DNA from: Vulcanimicrobiota bacterium
GTDB taxonomy: Bacteria; Vulcanimicrobiota; Vulcanimicrobiia; Vulcanimicrobiales; Vulcanimicrobiaceae
DNA: 64,000 nt
Assembly: GCA_963820825.1 (NCBI GenBank)
Contig: CAWGBN010000007.1
Coordinates: 224,001-288,000, forward strand
Reading direction: 5' to 3'
The notes below the pieces were generated by a model. The model did not search any database, was not told where the DNA came from, and saw nothing but the letters and a program-made list of their open reading frames with translations. Positions 18,725 through 28,311 of the stretch are shown here, one piece after another. Both the position numbers and the translations under genes were made by a program. The first letter of the stretch is position 1; each line of letters begins with the position of its first letter.

Positions 18725-20116
18725 CTATGAGGCTTTGGCGGGGGTTCCAAGGGCGATTGCGATTTCGACGACGTCGTCTTCATTTAGCGAGAGGCGGCGC
18801 ATCGCCGCTTCGTAAGCCTCGATGGTCTCTTCGCTCTTGCTCGAAGCCGCGCGCTCTTCACGCAGGCGCTTGACCTCGTCGGTGACGCGATGCGCGAGCT
18901 CGGAGCTCGGCTCGACGCCCGCGCGCGCAAGACGCTCGCGTTGACGGCGCAGCGTATCTTCGACAAGCGCGGCGCCGGTGTGCTTGCCGAAGACCCAGCT
19001 GGTCCGCGCGCCGACCAACTCGGCCGGGACGGCCTCGTACATCCGGTGGTCGATCAGCATCGCTTGCGTGTGGATCCCGGACTCGTGAGCGAAGACTTTT
19101 GTACCGACGATCGGCTCGTGCTGCTGCAGCGGGATCCCGCTCATCCGCTCCATGAAGCGCGCGAGCTCGCGCAGTTTATCGTAACGGAAGCCCGGCAGTT
19201 CGAGTCCGTAGAGAACCCGCAGCGCTACGACCAGCTCGTGCAGCTTGACGTTTCCGGCGCGCTCGCCGTATCCGTTCGCGGTCACCGAGATGACCGTAAA
19301 GCCGCACGAGGCCGCGGTGATCGCGTTGATCGTGCCGAGGCCGTAGTCGTTGTGAAGGTGCGCGACGATCGGCAGATCCTTCGGCAGTCCTGCGACGATG
19401 CGCGAACAGTACCAGCGGGTCGCTTCGGGGGTCAGCGTGCCGACGGTATCCGGCCACGCCGGACGCGTGCCTCCGGCGTCGAGCCCCGCCTTGAAATACT
19501 CGATGAAGTAGTCGACGTCGCCGCGGCTACCGTCCTCGGCGCCGAACTCAATGCGCTCGATGCCGCACTCGCGCGCGTGCCCGATCGCATCGCACTGCAG
19601 CCGAATGTTGGCATCGCGGTAGAACGATAGCGGCAGGTCGAGCCACTCGCGCTCGTCGCGGCCTTCGTAGCGCAGCAGCGTCTTGCCGATCTTGTACTTC
19701 AGGTGCAGATCGCTGCCGCTCGTGAAGATGAAGAACGTGACTTCGCGCGGCTCGATGCCCGCATCGCGCAGCGTCTTGACGGTCACGTCGATGTCGTTGC
19801 GATTGCTGCGGCACATTACCACGATCTCGACCTCGCCGAGCTCGCCGCGGCGCTTCGCCTCCATCACCAGCTGCAGCGTGCGCCGATCGCCCTCCGACGC
19901 TGCCGGGAAGCCGACGCTCATGATGTGCACGCCGACGCCGGCAAGGGCCTTGGCGATCTCGAGCTTCTGCGGCGGCGTGTAGCAGACGCCCGGCATCTGC
20001 TCGCCGTCGCGAAGCGTTTCGTCGTAGATGCGAATGCGCGACGCGTCGGGGAAGGGGACGTCGCGGGTGAACTCTTTTGGATCGCGGATGAGGCGCTCGA
20101 TCGGTTCGCGGAGCAT
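18725..20116 (-). CDS. DRE-TIM acetyl-CoA condensing enzyme (homocitrate/isopropylmalate synthase-like, no regulatory domain)
   Basis: DETLRDGEQ, HLHNDYGLG, GYGERAGN, HESGIH and GKHTG motifs. Confidence 0.85.
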   Translation of the reverse strand: MLREPIERLIRDPKEFTRDVPFPDASRIRIYDETLRDGEQMPGVCYTPPQKLEIAKALAGVGVHIMSVGFPAASEGDRRTLQLVMEAKRRGELGEVEIVVMCRSNRNDIDVTVKTLRDAGIEPREVTFFIFTSGSDLHLKYKIGKTLLRYEGRDEREWLDLPLSFYRDANIRLQCDAIGHARECGIERIEFGAEDGSRGDVDYFIEYFKAGLDAGGTRPAWPDTVGTLTPEATRWYCSRIVAGLPKDLPIVAHLHNDYGLGTINAITAASCGFTVISVTANGYGERAGNVKLHELVVALRVLYGLELPGFRYDKLRELARFMERMSGIPLQQHEPIVGTKVFAHESGIHTQAMLIDHRMYEAVPAELVGARTSWVFGKHTGAALVEDTLRRQRERLARAGVEPSSELAHRVTDEVKRLREERAASSKSEETIEAYEAAMRRLSLNEDDVVEIAIALGTPAKAS

Positions 20117-20157
20117 CTTCCGAAGGTTCGCCGCCGGCGGGGGTATCTCTTCGGCTG

Positions 20158-21504
20158 CTAGTCCACCGTCACCGGAACGACGACCGAGTTACCGGTCGCG
20201 TCTCGAAAGGTCACCGTGGTACTCCCCGAGCCGGTGGCGATCACCAAGAAGATGCTCGGAGTCGACGATTGCTTTACCCTGGCAACGGCGGTATTCGCAG
20301 AAGTGGCCTTCCACGCAGTAATGCCGGTCTCGGTAACCTTCAGCCGCGCAACCGCGCGGATCTGCGGAAGCGTCACCGAGCCCGGATCCACGCGAAGCGG
20401 ATTTGGAACGTAAACGTAGACGTCGTCGTTTTTGTCGGTAATCCAGAGATTGCGGTCGGGGCCAGTCCCCAACGCTAAGGCGACGCTCGCGCCGGCGGGT
20501 AATGCAAACTTCCTCGATTTTCCGCTGCTGGGAGCGATCGTGCCGATCGCACCGGCCGAGCCGCCGGCCCTCTCGACGAACCACGGGTCGCCGTCGGGGC
20601 CGGCGGCGATTGCGTGCGGCGAATCTTCGGCGACCATGCCGCCGACTGCATACGCCCTCGTCGCACCGCTCGGCGATATCGAGTAGATGCAGCCGTTCGC
20701 GTACCCCCATACGAGTCCGTATGCAACGGCGAGCGCGTGCACCGGAAGCGCGCAGGGGACCTCGTACGTGTTCAGCACTCTCCCGCTGCCGGGGCTGATC
20801 CGCATCACCGTTGCCGCGTTCTCGGGCTGCGCCCACATAGCGCGATCGGGCCCCTCGACGAGCGAGCCAAAACCGCTCACGCCGGCCGGTAACGCAAAGT
20901 TCGTCGCGCTGCCGTCCGCGGAAAACTTCCAGAGATATGGACTCGCCGCACCGGCGCCCCAGATCGTATCTTCGGGACCCGTTGCGAGAACGCTCACGTT
21001 GCCCGCGCTCACGTCGGCCAAGTAGCACGCCGACCGCTTACCGGTCGGCGCAACGAACGTCCAGCCAAACTCGTTCACGAGTCCGGGAAACGTGATGTCG
21101 GGGTTCACGAAGACCGAGTTGCCTTCGTGATTGAGCGCGATGTCGTACGCATACAAATGATACGTGCCGGAGATCGAGCCCACGTAACTGCACGTCGGCT
21201 GGCGCGGTGCGTGCGAAACGGCGCCGTTCATATCGATGGTGGCAAAGCTCTCGTAACGGTGGACCTTCCCCCAGCCTGCCACGACGTAGATGACGCCTCT
21301 GCCGGCAAGAACGTTGGCTGCGTACGGCGTGCCTCGACCGACGGCGGTCAGCGTCACCCACCGGTTGCGTTCGTTACGCTGCAGGATCGCCGGATTTCCG
21401 TCGTGCGATCCGCCGCCGGGGAGCGAAGTCCCGGTGGTCGAGCAGGCGGAAGCGAGCGATGCAATCATCGCGAGCGCAATGGCCAAAACCGGCACTCTCT
21501 TCAC
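20158..21504 (-). CDS. Secreted lipoprotein with Vgb-lyase-like beta-propeller repeats and a C-terminal Ig-like domain
   Basis: Lipobox ASAC; repeated GP(D/E)xxxW blades (GPEDTIW, GPDRAMW, GPDGDPW, GPDRNLW); C-terminal SANTAVA..GSGSTTVT. GTG start overlaps the ndh stop. Confidence 0.7.
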   Translation of the reverse strand: MKRVPVLAIALAMIASLASACSTTGTSLPGGGSHDGNPAILQRNERNRWVTLTAVGRGTPYAANVLAGRGVIYVVAGWGKVHRYESFATIDMNGAVSHAPRQPTCSYVGSISGTYHLYAYDIALNHEGNSVFVNPDITFPGLVNEFGWTFVAPTGKRSACYLADVSAGNVSVLATGPEDTIWGAGAASPYLWKFSADGSATNFALPAGVSGFGSLVEGPDRAMWAQPENAATVMRISPGSGRVLNTYEVPCALPVHALAVAYGLVWGYANGCIYSISPSGATRAYAVGGMVAEDSPHAIAAGPDGDPWFVERAGGSAGAIGTIAPSSGKSRKFALPAGASVALALGTGPDRNLWITDKNDDVYVYVPNPLRVDPGSVTLPQIRAVARLKVTETGITAWKATSANTAVARVKQSSTPSIFLVIATGSGSTTVTFRDATGNSVVVPVTVD

Positions 21505-22784
21505 GAAGATCTCTCGCCGCCGTCGTTTCGTTCGCCGAACCGCAGCTCGGCCGTATCGCGCGGAAAGATCAGTTCCAGCGTCCAGTCGAAGGCGACGCGC
21601 ATCTTGCGATCGAGTCCCGGCAGCCGCAGCAGATAGTACGTACGCCAAAAGAACCACGCAATAAAACCGGTGATGACGCGGTTGCCGGGGAGTTGCGCGA
21701 CGGCTTTACGGCCGCCGAGCGCCGCCATCATACCGAGCGTTTGATATTGAAACGGCTTCGTCGGGCGACCGCGCAGAACCGCAACGATGTTTTCGGCGAG
21801 TCCCGGTCCCTCGCGAATGGCGTGCTGTGCGGTCATCGGATAAGCGCCGCCCGAACCATCCGGAATCGCCGCGCAATCGCCGAGCGCCCAAACGCCGTGC
21901 AGACCGGGTACGCTCATGTCGCGCGCGGTCTCGATCGCTCCGCGCTTGGTCTTGGGCACCGCGAGCTTCGCGATCGTCGGCGAAGGTTTGACCCCGGCGC
22001 TCCACACGACCGCCTCGCTTTCGATACGGCGTCCGCTCTGCAGCGTAAGGCCGGTTTCGTCGACCGAGGCGACGCCGTCGCCGGTAACCACCTCGACGCC
22101 GCGCCGCTCCAAGACGCGCCGCGAATACTCACCCATCTTCGCCGGAAGTCCGGCGAGCAGCACCGGCCCCGCCTCGACTAGGACGACGCGCACCGACTCG
22201 GCCTGCAAGAGTCTGTAGAAGCGCAGCACGCTTCGAAAGAGCTCGGCGATCTCGCCCGCGGTCTCGACGCCGGTAAATCCGCCGCCGACGACGACGATCG
22301 TGAGCAGTCGCCGGCGTCGCGCCTCGTCGTCGATCGTATCGGCGAGTTCGAGCAGCCAGACCAGATGATTGCGCAGCAGCTCGGCATCTTCGAGCGATTT
22401 GAGCGCCCAGGTGTGCTCGGCGACGCCGGGCAGTCCGAAGTCCGAGGTCGAGGATCCGAGCGCGAACACGATCTGGTCGAAGGAGAGAACGACGTTTTTG
22501 CGGGTGAGGACGTGGTGGTAGCGCAGGGTCCGGTTTTCGATATCCACCTCGTCGACGTCGGCCAAGACGAAGCGGCAGCGGCGCAGCTGCGTGCGGATCG
22601 GGGTGACGACGTGGCGCACCTCGAGCTCTCCCGACGTGACTTCGGGGAGCATCGGCGTGAAGAGCGTGTAGTTCTCGCGGCTCAGCAGCACGATCTCGGC
22701 CTCGTCCGGGCGCAGCCGCTCTTCGAGCCGGCGGGCGACGGCGATCCCGGCAAAACCTCCTCCAACGATCGCGATGACCGGCAC
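21501..22784 (-). CDS. ndh: Type II NADH dehydrogenase family FAD oxidoreductase
   Basis: GGGFAG, FTPML, VVGGGFTGVE, WALGDCA and TAQHA motifs. Confidence 0.88.
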   Translation of the reverse strand: MPVIAIVGGGFAGIAVARRLEERLRPDEAEIVLLSRENYTLFTPMLPEVTSGELEVRHVVTPIRTQLRRCRFVLADVDEVDIENRTLRYHHVLTRKNVVLSFDQIVFALGSSTSDFGLPGVAEHTWALKSLEDAELLRNHLVWLLELADTIDDEARRRRLLTIVVVGGGFTGVETAGEIAELFRSVLRFYRLLQAESVRVVLVEAGPVLLAGLPAKMGEYSRRVLERRGVEVVTGDGVASVDETGLTLQSGRRIESEAVVWSAGVKPSPTIAKLAVPKTKRGAIETARDMSVPGLHGVWALGDCAAIPDGSGGAYPMTAQHAIREGPGLAENIVAVLRGRPTKPFQYQTLGMMAALGGRKAVAQLPGNRVITGFIAWFFWRTYYLLRLPGLDRKMRVAFDWTLELIFPRDTAELRFGERNDGGERSS

Positions 22785-22807
22785 GCGATGCGGTTGAAGA
22801 GGGTCGC

Positions 22808-23626
22808 GTGCAATACCTCCCGCCCTCCGAGTCGCCGCCCGAGAGCCCGAAGCCCGCGCAACGGCGCCGCACCGGAATCGGCGCGCTCGTTGCTGCAGCC
22901 GCCGCCTTTTTGCTCAAGTTCAAGTTCTTGCTCCTCTTCGGCACCAAGCTCGTCGCGCTCAGCTGGACGTTCTTGCTCTCGCTCTGGATCTACGTCGTGA
23001 TCTTCGGCTGGAAGCTGGCCGTCGTGGTGATGCTGCTCCTGCTCGCGCACGAGCTCGGCCACTACTTTGCGTTTCGAGCCTACGGATTGCCGGCGCGGCT
23101 GCCGGCATTCGTCCCGCTCCTTGGTGCCTTCACCGCCGGCGCTGCGCCGGAAGATCTCGAGCAAGATGCCTATATCGCGCTCGCGGGCCCGCTCGTCGGC
23201 TTTGGACTAGCGGCCGTCTGCTACGTCGTCGGCAGCGCGACGCACGATAGGTTTTGGTACGCGTGCGCCGATCTCTCGGCATTCTTGAACCTCTTCAACA
23301 TGATCCCGATGCCGCCGTTCGACGGTGGAAGAATTATCGGCGCGCTCTGGCCGCCGCTCTGGATCGTTGGCTTCGCACTCTTCGTCGCATTTGCAGTCCT
23401 GCTCCACATTCCGATTCTCTTCGTCGCGATCATCGGTCTGCTCGGCCTCCCGGCGATGATCGCAGCCTGGCGGGGGCACGTCGATCCGCGCGCGCTGCGG
23501 ATGACCTTTGGAGCGCGCGTGCGCGTGAGCTGCTGGTATCTCGCGACGCTCCTCGGCCTCTTCTTCATCATGGCGCAGTCGCACGTGATTGCGACACCGG
23601 CCGCGGCGGGCACGCCCGCCTGGTGA
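22808..23626 (+). CDS. Site-2 protease (M50) family membrane metalloprotease
   Basis: HELGH, IALAGP and NLFNMIPMPPFDGG motifs. Confidence 0.9.
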   Translation: MQYLPPSESPPESPKPAQRRRTGIGALVAAAAAFLLKFKFLLLFGTKLVALSWTFLLSLWIYVVIFGWKLAVVVMLLLLAHELGHYFAFRAYGLPARLPAFVPLLGAFTAGAAPEDLEQDAYIALAGPLVGFGLAAVCYVVGSATHDRFWYACADLSAFLNLFNMIPMPPFDGGRIIGALWPPLWIVGFALFVAFAVLLHIPILFVAIIGLLGLPAMIAAWRGHVDPRALRMTFGARVRVSCWYLATLLGLFFIMAQSHVIATPAAAGTPAW

Positions 23627-25020
23627 TCCGGCGCCTCGCGCTCGCCGTCGCGTTCGCGAGCATCGCGGTCGCGATCGTCGCCGTTCGGCCGCATTCGACC
23701 CCGGGGCCGTACCTACGCGACTTTGAAGCCTACTGGTCGGCAGGCTCGGCATGGAATGCCGGCGCCGATCCGTACGGCCGCGCGATCTGGAACGCGGAGC
23801 GCACTATCGCCGGCGTCGATCGCAGTCGCGACGAACTCTTGCCGTTCGTCGGTCCACCCGCGACGCTGCTGCTTTGGTCGCTCTTCGCGCGGCTGCCCTA
23901 CCAAACTGCTGCGATGCTGTGGTCGGTGATCTTAGGGATCGCGCTGCTCGCACTCGTTGCCGGCTCCCTTCGCGCAAGCGGCGAGCGCGTTGCCTCCGCT
24001 ACCATTCTCGCCGCATTCGCGCTGGCGATCGCCTGGGGGCCCGTCACCAGCGATCTCGCGCTTGGCCAACTCGCCCTGCCGGCGTTCGCGGCGGCGCTGC
24101 TCGCCGCTCTCGTTGCCGCCGCCGCACCCGGATTCGCGGCGATCGCGTCGTGCATCGCCTTCGCCCAACCCAACGCCTCGCTCGGCCTCGTCTCACAGCT
24201 CGGCCGTAACCGCACGACCGTTGCGATCGTCCTCGGCGCAATCCTGACCTATCTCCTGGGCGTGCTGGCCGCGGGCGCCGCATGGCCGCTGACCTACGCA
24301 CGAACGCTGAGCGCGCACGCTGCGGCAGAACGCTTTGCCGCGATTCAGCTCACCCCGGGGGCGATCGCATTCGGTCTCGGCGCGTCGCCTGCCGCGGCAA
24401 AGCTCGTCGGCGTCGTCACCGCGCTGCTCGCCGTCGCCGCCGCGATCGCCGTTGCCCGGCACAATCGCGACCGGTTCGCCCGCTTTGCCGCGTTCGCGGC
24501 GCTCACGCCGTTCGTCGCGAGCTTCGTTCACGAGCACGACCTCGTCGTCGCCTACGCTGCAGCGGTTTGGTGCGGCCTGCGATGCAAGGGCGTCACGCGT
24601 TCGATCGCGTTTGCGGGCACGCTGCTCGCCGCCACCGACTGGCTCGGTCTCGCGCAGCGTCCGACCGGCGTGGCGCAGAGCGCGCTGCTCGCGCTCGCCG
24701 CATTTGCGGCGTTCGGCGCGCTCGGCGAAGAGATGCCGGCGCGTGGTACGCTCTCCGTCGCCGTGATATTTGCCGCGCTCTTCGCGCTCGCAAGCTCGAC
24801 GGCCCTAACGCATCCGGCGCCGATCTGGCCCGATGCCCTCGGCGCGTTTCACACCTCCGCTGCAGCACCGGCCGCGGCGGTCTGGTCCGACGAGCAGCGT
24901 GCGAGCGGATTGCTCGCACCCGCGCCTGCGTGGGCGCTGCTCCGCTCGCTCTCGCTGGCCGGTTGCGCGCTCCTCGCCTACGCTATATATCGACGTCCAT
25001 CATGTTGTCGAACGGCGTGA
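23623..25020 (+). CDS. GT87-like (DUF2029) polytopic glycosyltransferase
   Basis: RDFEAYWSAG...DPY, PFVGPP, LGQ and HEHD motifs with many TM helices; GTG start overlaps the previous stop. Confidence 0.7.
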   Translation: MIRRLALAVAFASIAVAIVAVRPHSTPGPYLRDFEAYWSAGSAWNAGADPYGRAIWNAERTIAGVDRSRDELLPFVGPPATLLLWSLFARLPYQTAAMLWSVILGIALLALVAGSLRASGERVASATILAAFALAIAWGPVTSDLALGQLALPAFAAALLAALVAAAAPGFAAIASCIAFAQPNASLGLVSQLGRNRTTVAIVLGAILTYLLGVLAAGAAWPLTYARTLSAHAAAERFAAIQLTPGAIAFGLGASPAAAKLVGVVTALLAVAAAIAVARHNRDRFARFAAFAALTPFVASFVHEHDLVVAYAAAVWCGLRCKGVTRSIAFAGTLLAATDWLGLAQRPTGVAQSALLALAAFAAFGALGEEMPARGTLSVAVIFAALFALASSTALTHPAPIWPDALGAFHTSAAAPAAAVWSDEQRASGLLAPAPAWALLRSLSLAGCALLAYAIYRRPSCCRTA

Positions 25021-26629
25021 TCGCGCTGGGATGGAAGTTCTTCAAGTCGCTGTTGTACGCGTAGATATCCTCGCGCAGCGAGGTCACGATCATCGGCGCG
25101 TCTTTGACGAGCTCCTTTTCGATCGCAAGCACGTCGGCGTTGCGCTGCGGCTGGCCGTAGTGCGCGAAGAGCGCGTCCATCGCTGCCTGCGCCCGAGGAT
25201 TGCACCAGCGCGTGTTGTTTTGGCCGTTCGGCGGGAACGAATGGCAAGAGAGATAGGACGAATAGTCGCCGATCGCGTCGTTGAGCCAGGCGAAGCCGAT
25301 CATGTCCCACTTGGTGCCGTAGACGATACCGCCGTCCTGTAACGGTGCGAACATCATCGCCGGCGGATAGTGGCGAACGGTGATGTCGATTCCGATCTGC
25401 TTCCACCACGACCGTTCCAGCTCGATCTGCTCGTCGACGTCGGGCGAGCCCGCCGTCGTCGCGTAATCGAGTGCGAGCCGGACGCCCTTCTTCGCTCGCA
25501 CGCCGTCGGATCCGCGCTTCCAGCCGTCCTGGTCGAGCATCGCGTTCGCCCGCGCGATGTCGAATGGAACGGGCGGAATCGACGTAACGGCGTACGGCGC
25601 GTTCTTCGGCGTCGTCACCTCTTGAAGGATTCCGACGCCGCGGCCGATCTTTTCGATGAGCGTGCGACGGTCGATGGCAAGTCGCATCGCCTCGCGCACG
25701 ACTGGATCGCCCACCCCGGGTCGCTGGATGTTGAAATCGAGATGATTGTAGAAGTAACTCGGCTGGCGGATAATCTGGTTCCCCGCCACGGCCTGCGCAC
25801 GAGCCATATAGGTGCCCGGCACTAAATTCCACATGTCGAGCTCGTGCGATTGCAGTTGCGCGAGAACGGTGTTGCGGTCGGGAACGATTTTATAAATGAC
25901 TTCTTTGAGCTTAGGCTGACCCCGCCAATAGAGGGGATTGGGTACGAGGACGATCTGCTGAGCGCGGTCCCAACGCTGATACTTGAACGGTCCGATTCCC
26001 ACCGGAAGCTCGTTGTAGGCGACGTGATTGATGTTCGGATACTGCGCCAAGAGATGTTTGGGAAGGATGCACGGATTCGCCCCGGCCGTCGAAAAGAACG
26101 TCTCGACGAAGGGCGAGTACGGCTTCTTGAGGTGATAGATGACGGTATACTTGTCGGGCTCGTCGTCTTCGTGATCGAGATCCCAGCCCAGCCGCCCGAC
26201 TTCGTTGTTTGCGGGATTGTTGACGACGTTGGTCGAGAAGACGACGTCGTCGGCATTGAACGGCGCGCCGTCCGACCAGCGCACGCCCTTGCGAAGGTGA
26301 AAGGTAATCGTCAGGCCGTCCTTGCTGACGCCGCCGTTCGCCTGCGTCGGCACCTCCGTTGCGAGCTCGGGATATGGGTTGTTGTTCTCGTCCCACTTGA
26401 TGAGATAGGCCATCGTCATCGACGAAAGATAGCCGATGGAGGCAAACTGGCCGAGGTGCGGATTGAGCGTATTGACGTCACCCGCGTCGGCGAATCGCAG
26501 CACGTGCGGCTGCGTCCACGCATTCGCTCGGCCGCCGGCGCCGGCAGCGCCTCCCGTCTTGCTGCACGCGCAGAGAAGGGCAATTACCGAACCGGCGGCG
26601 GCGATGCGCAGAAACGGTATCTTCATCAT
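24983..26629 (-). CDS. Peptide/nickel ABC transporter substrate-binding lipoprotein (family 5)
   Basis: Lipobox LCAC; TLNP, DGLTITFHLRKGVRWSDG, GIGPF, VREAMRLAID motifs; AAGGAG RBS before ATG 26629. Confidence 0.92.
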   Translation of the reverse strand: MMKIPFLRIAAAGSVIALLCACSKTGGAAGAGGRANAWTQPHVLRFADAGDVNTLNPHLGQFASIGYLSSMTMAYLIKWDENNNPYPELATEVPTQANGGVSKDGLTITFHLRKGVRWSDGAPFNADDVVFSTNVVNNPANNEVGRLGWDLDHEDDEPDKYTVIYHLKKPYSPFVETFFSTAGANPCILPKHLLAQYPNINHVAYNELPVGIGPFKYQRWDRAQQIVLVPNPLYWRGQPKLKEVIYKIVPDRNTVLAQLQSHELDMWNLVPGTYMARAQAVAGNQIIRQPSYFYNHLDFNIQRPGVGDPVVREAMRLAIDRRTLIEKIGRGVGILQEVTTPKNAPYAVTSIPPVPFDIARANAMLDQDGWKRGSDGVRAKKGVRLALDYATTAGSPDVDEQIELERSWWKQIGIDITVRHYPPAMMFAPLQDGGIVYGTKWDMIGFAWLNDAIGDYSSYLSCHSFPPNGQNNTRWCNPRAQAAMDALFAHYGQPQRNADVLAIEKELVKDAPMIVTSLREDIYAYNSDLKNFHPSAITPFDNMMDVDI

Positions 26630-26640
26630 GTCGAAGCTCC

Positions 26641-28311
26641 TTAGATCGAGTAGTTCCACGGATCCCAAAAGCCCGAGATTACCGGGGATGGATCGAAGCC
26701 CTTCAAGTCGGTGTTGTAGACGAACGGAAATCGCTGGAAGTAGATGATGATCGTCGGCACGTCGAGCGCCAGCTGCTGCTGAACGATGACGTAATCGCGT
26801 TTACGCCGGCCTTGATCGATCGTATTCAACGCATCGGTCATCGCTTTCGTGGCCGCGGGATTGTCCCAGAACATGGCGTTCTGCCCGTGCGGTGCGAAGT
26901 TCGCTCCCGAGTAGATCGCGCTGTCGTCGGGGTCGGCGGCCCCAAGCCAGCTAAAGAGCGCGACGTCGTAGTGTCCGCCCTGCAAAATGCCGTTGGTCGA
27001 GTTGTCGAAAAATTGACTGGTAGGGTAGTTCTTGATGTCGGCTTGAATCCCGACGTCGCGCCACTGCCGTTGCAGAACGGTCTCGTTCTCTTTGCCGGCG
27101 TTCGATTCGGTCTGCGTGCTCATCGTGATCTCGAGTCGCTGACCGTCCTTCACCCGGATACCGCCGGGACCCATCTTCCATCCGTCGGCATCGAGGAGCG
27201 CGGCGGCCTTGGCCGGGTCGTACGGGTAGTGCACGATGTCGTCGGTATAGGCCCACGAATAGTGCGGCTGCTGATCGGTGAACGCCGGAATCGCCGACCC
27301 GTGCGCGACCTTTTGCACGATTTCGTTGCGATCGGTCGCGTACGCCAGTGCCCGGCGAACCTGTACGTCTGAAACGATGGGGTGACGGAGGTTGAAATCG
27401 ACGTGCGCCCAGGCAAAGGCGTCGACGCGTATGGCCTTCAGGCCGTTCTTCGGATCGGCGGCCATCGCCGCGTACTCGGGCCACTTGAGTCCGGTTCCCA
27501 TCGCGAGCATGTCGAGCTCGTGCGTCTCTAGCTGCGTCGCCGCCGTGTTCTCGTCGGGAAGAATCTTGTAGATGACTTTTTTCAGCTTCGGCGGACCGAG
27601 ATAGAAGTTCGGATTCGCGACCAGCTCGACGTCCTGGGCGCGGTTCCAGGCAACGACCTTGAAGGGTCCGCTTCCGACCGGGAGCGAGTTGTACGGCGCC
27701 GTGTTGAACGAGCCTTTGTCGTCGTTATACTTCGCCAGCAAGTGTTCGGGGAGGATCGGAGCGTTGCCGTTCACGCTCCAGAGCTGCTGCAGAAACGGGG
27801 CGTAGAGCCGCTTCATGTGGATCACGGCGATGTGCGGATCGCTGCAGTCGATGCTGCCGATGTCCTTGAAGCCGTCGGTCGTCACCACGTTGTTGTGCGT
27901 ATTCATGACGACTTGCCAAGTGAACTTGAGGTCGTTGCAGGTCAGCGCCACGCCGTCTTGCCATTTGATATTTGGCCGCAGCTTGTATTTCAAGGTCAAG
28001 CCGTCTTTGCTCACGTCGCCGTTGGCGATCGTCGGAATCTCTCGAAGCGCGTCGGGCACCGGATGCGCGTTCGCATCATAGCGAACCGTCCAGGAGAAGA
28101 TGAACATCGAGAGATCGAGCGTCGGCGACGCGGAATTCAACACCGGATTGAGATTCTTCGGATCGGAGAACTCAGAGAATCGCAGCACCCCGGGTTCGGT
28201 CCACGGATGCCCCGCCGCGCCCGGGCCTCCGCCCCCGGAGACTTTCGAACACCCTGCCGCGAGAACTGCGGCGCAGAGTGCAACCGCGGCGCACCGTAGC
28301 CTAAGAGTCAC
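26641..28311 (-). CDS. Peptide/nickel ABC transporter substrate-binding lipoprotein (family 5)
   Basis: Lipobox AAGC; NLNP, DGLTLKYKLR..WQDG, GSGPF and VRRALAYA motifs. Confidence 0.92.
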   Translation of the reverse strand: MTLRLRCAAVALCAAVLAAGCSKVSGGGGPGAAGHPWTEPGVLRFSEFSDPKNLNPVLNSASPTLDLSMFIFSWTVRYDANAHPVPDALREIPTIANGDVSKDGLTLKYKLRPNIKWQDGVALTCNDLKFTWQVVMNTHNNVVTTDGFKDIGSIDCSDPHIAVIHMKRLYAPFLQQLWSVNGNAPILPEHLLAKYNDDKGSFNTAPYNSLPVGSGPFKVVAWNRAQDVELVANPNFYLGPPKLKKVIYKILPDENTAATQLETHELDMLAMGTGLKWPEYAAMAADPKNGLKAIRVDAFAWAHVDFNLRHPIVSDVQVRRALAYATDRNEIVQKVAHGSAIPAFTDQQPHYSWAYTDDIVHYPYDPAKAAALLDADGWKMGPGGIRVKDGQRLEITMSTQTESNAGKENETVLQRQWRDVGIQADIKNYPTSQFFDNSTNGILQGGHYDVALFSWLGAADPDDSAIYSGANFAPHGQNAMFWDNPAATKAMTDALNTIDQGRRKRDYVIVQQQLALDVPTIIIYFQRFPFVYNTDLKGFDPSPVISGFWDPWNYSI

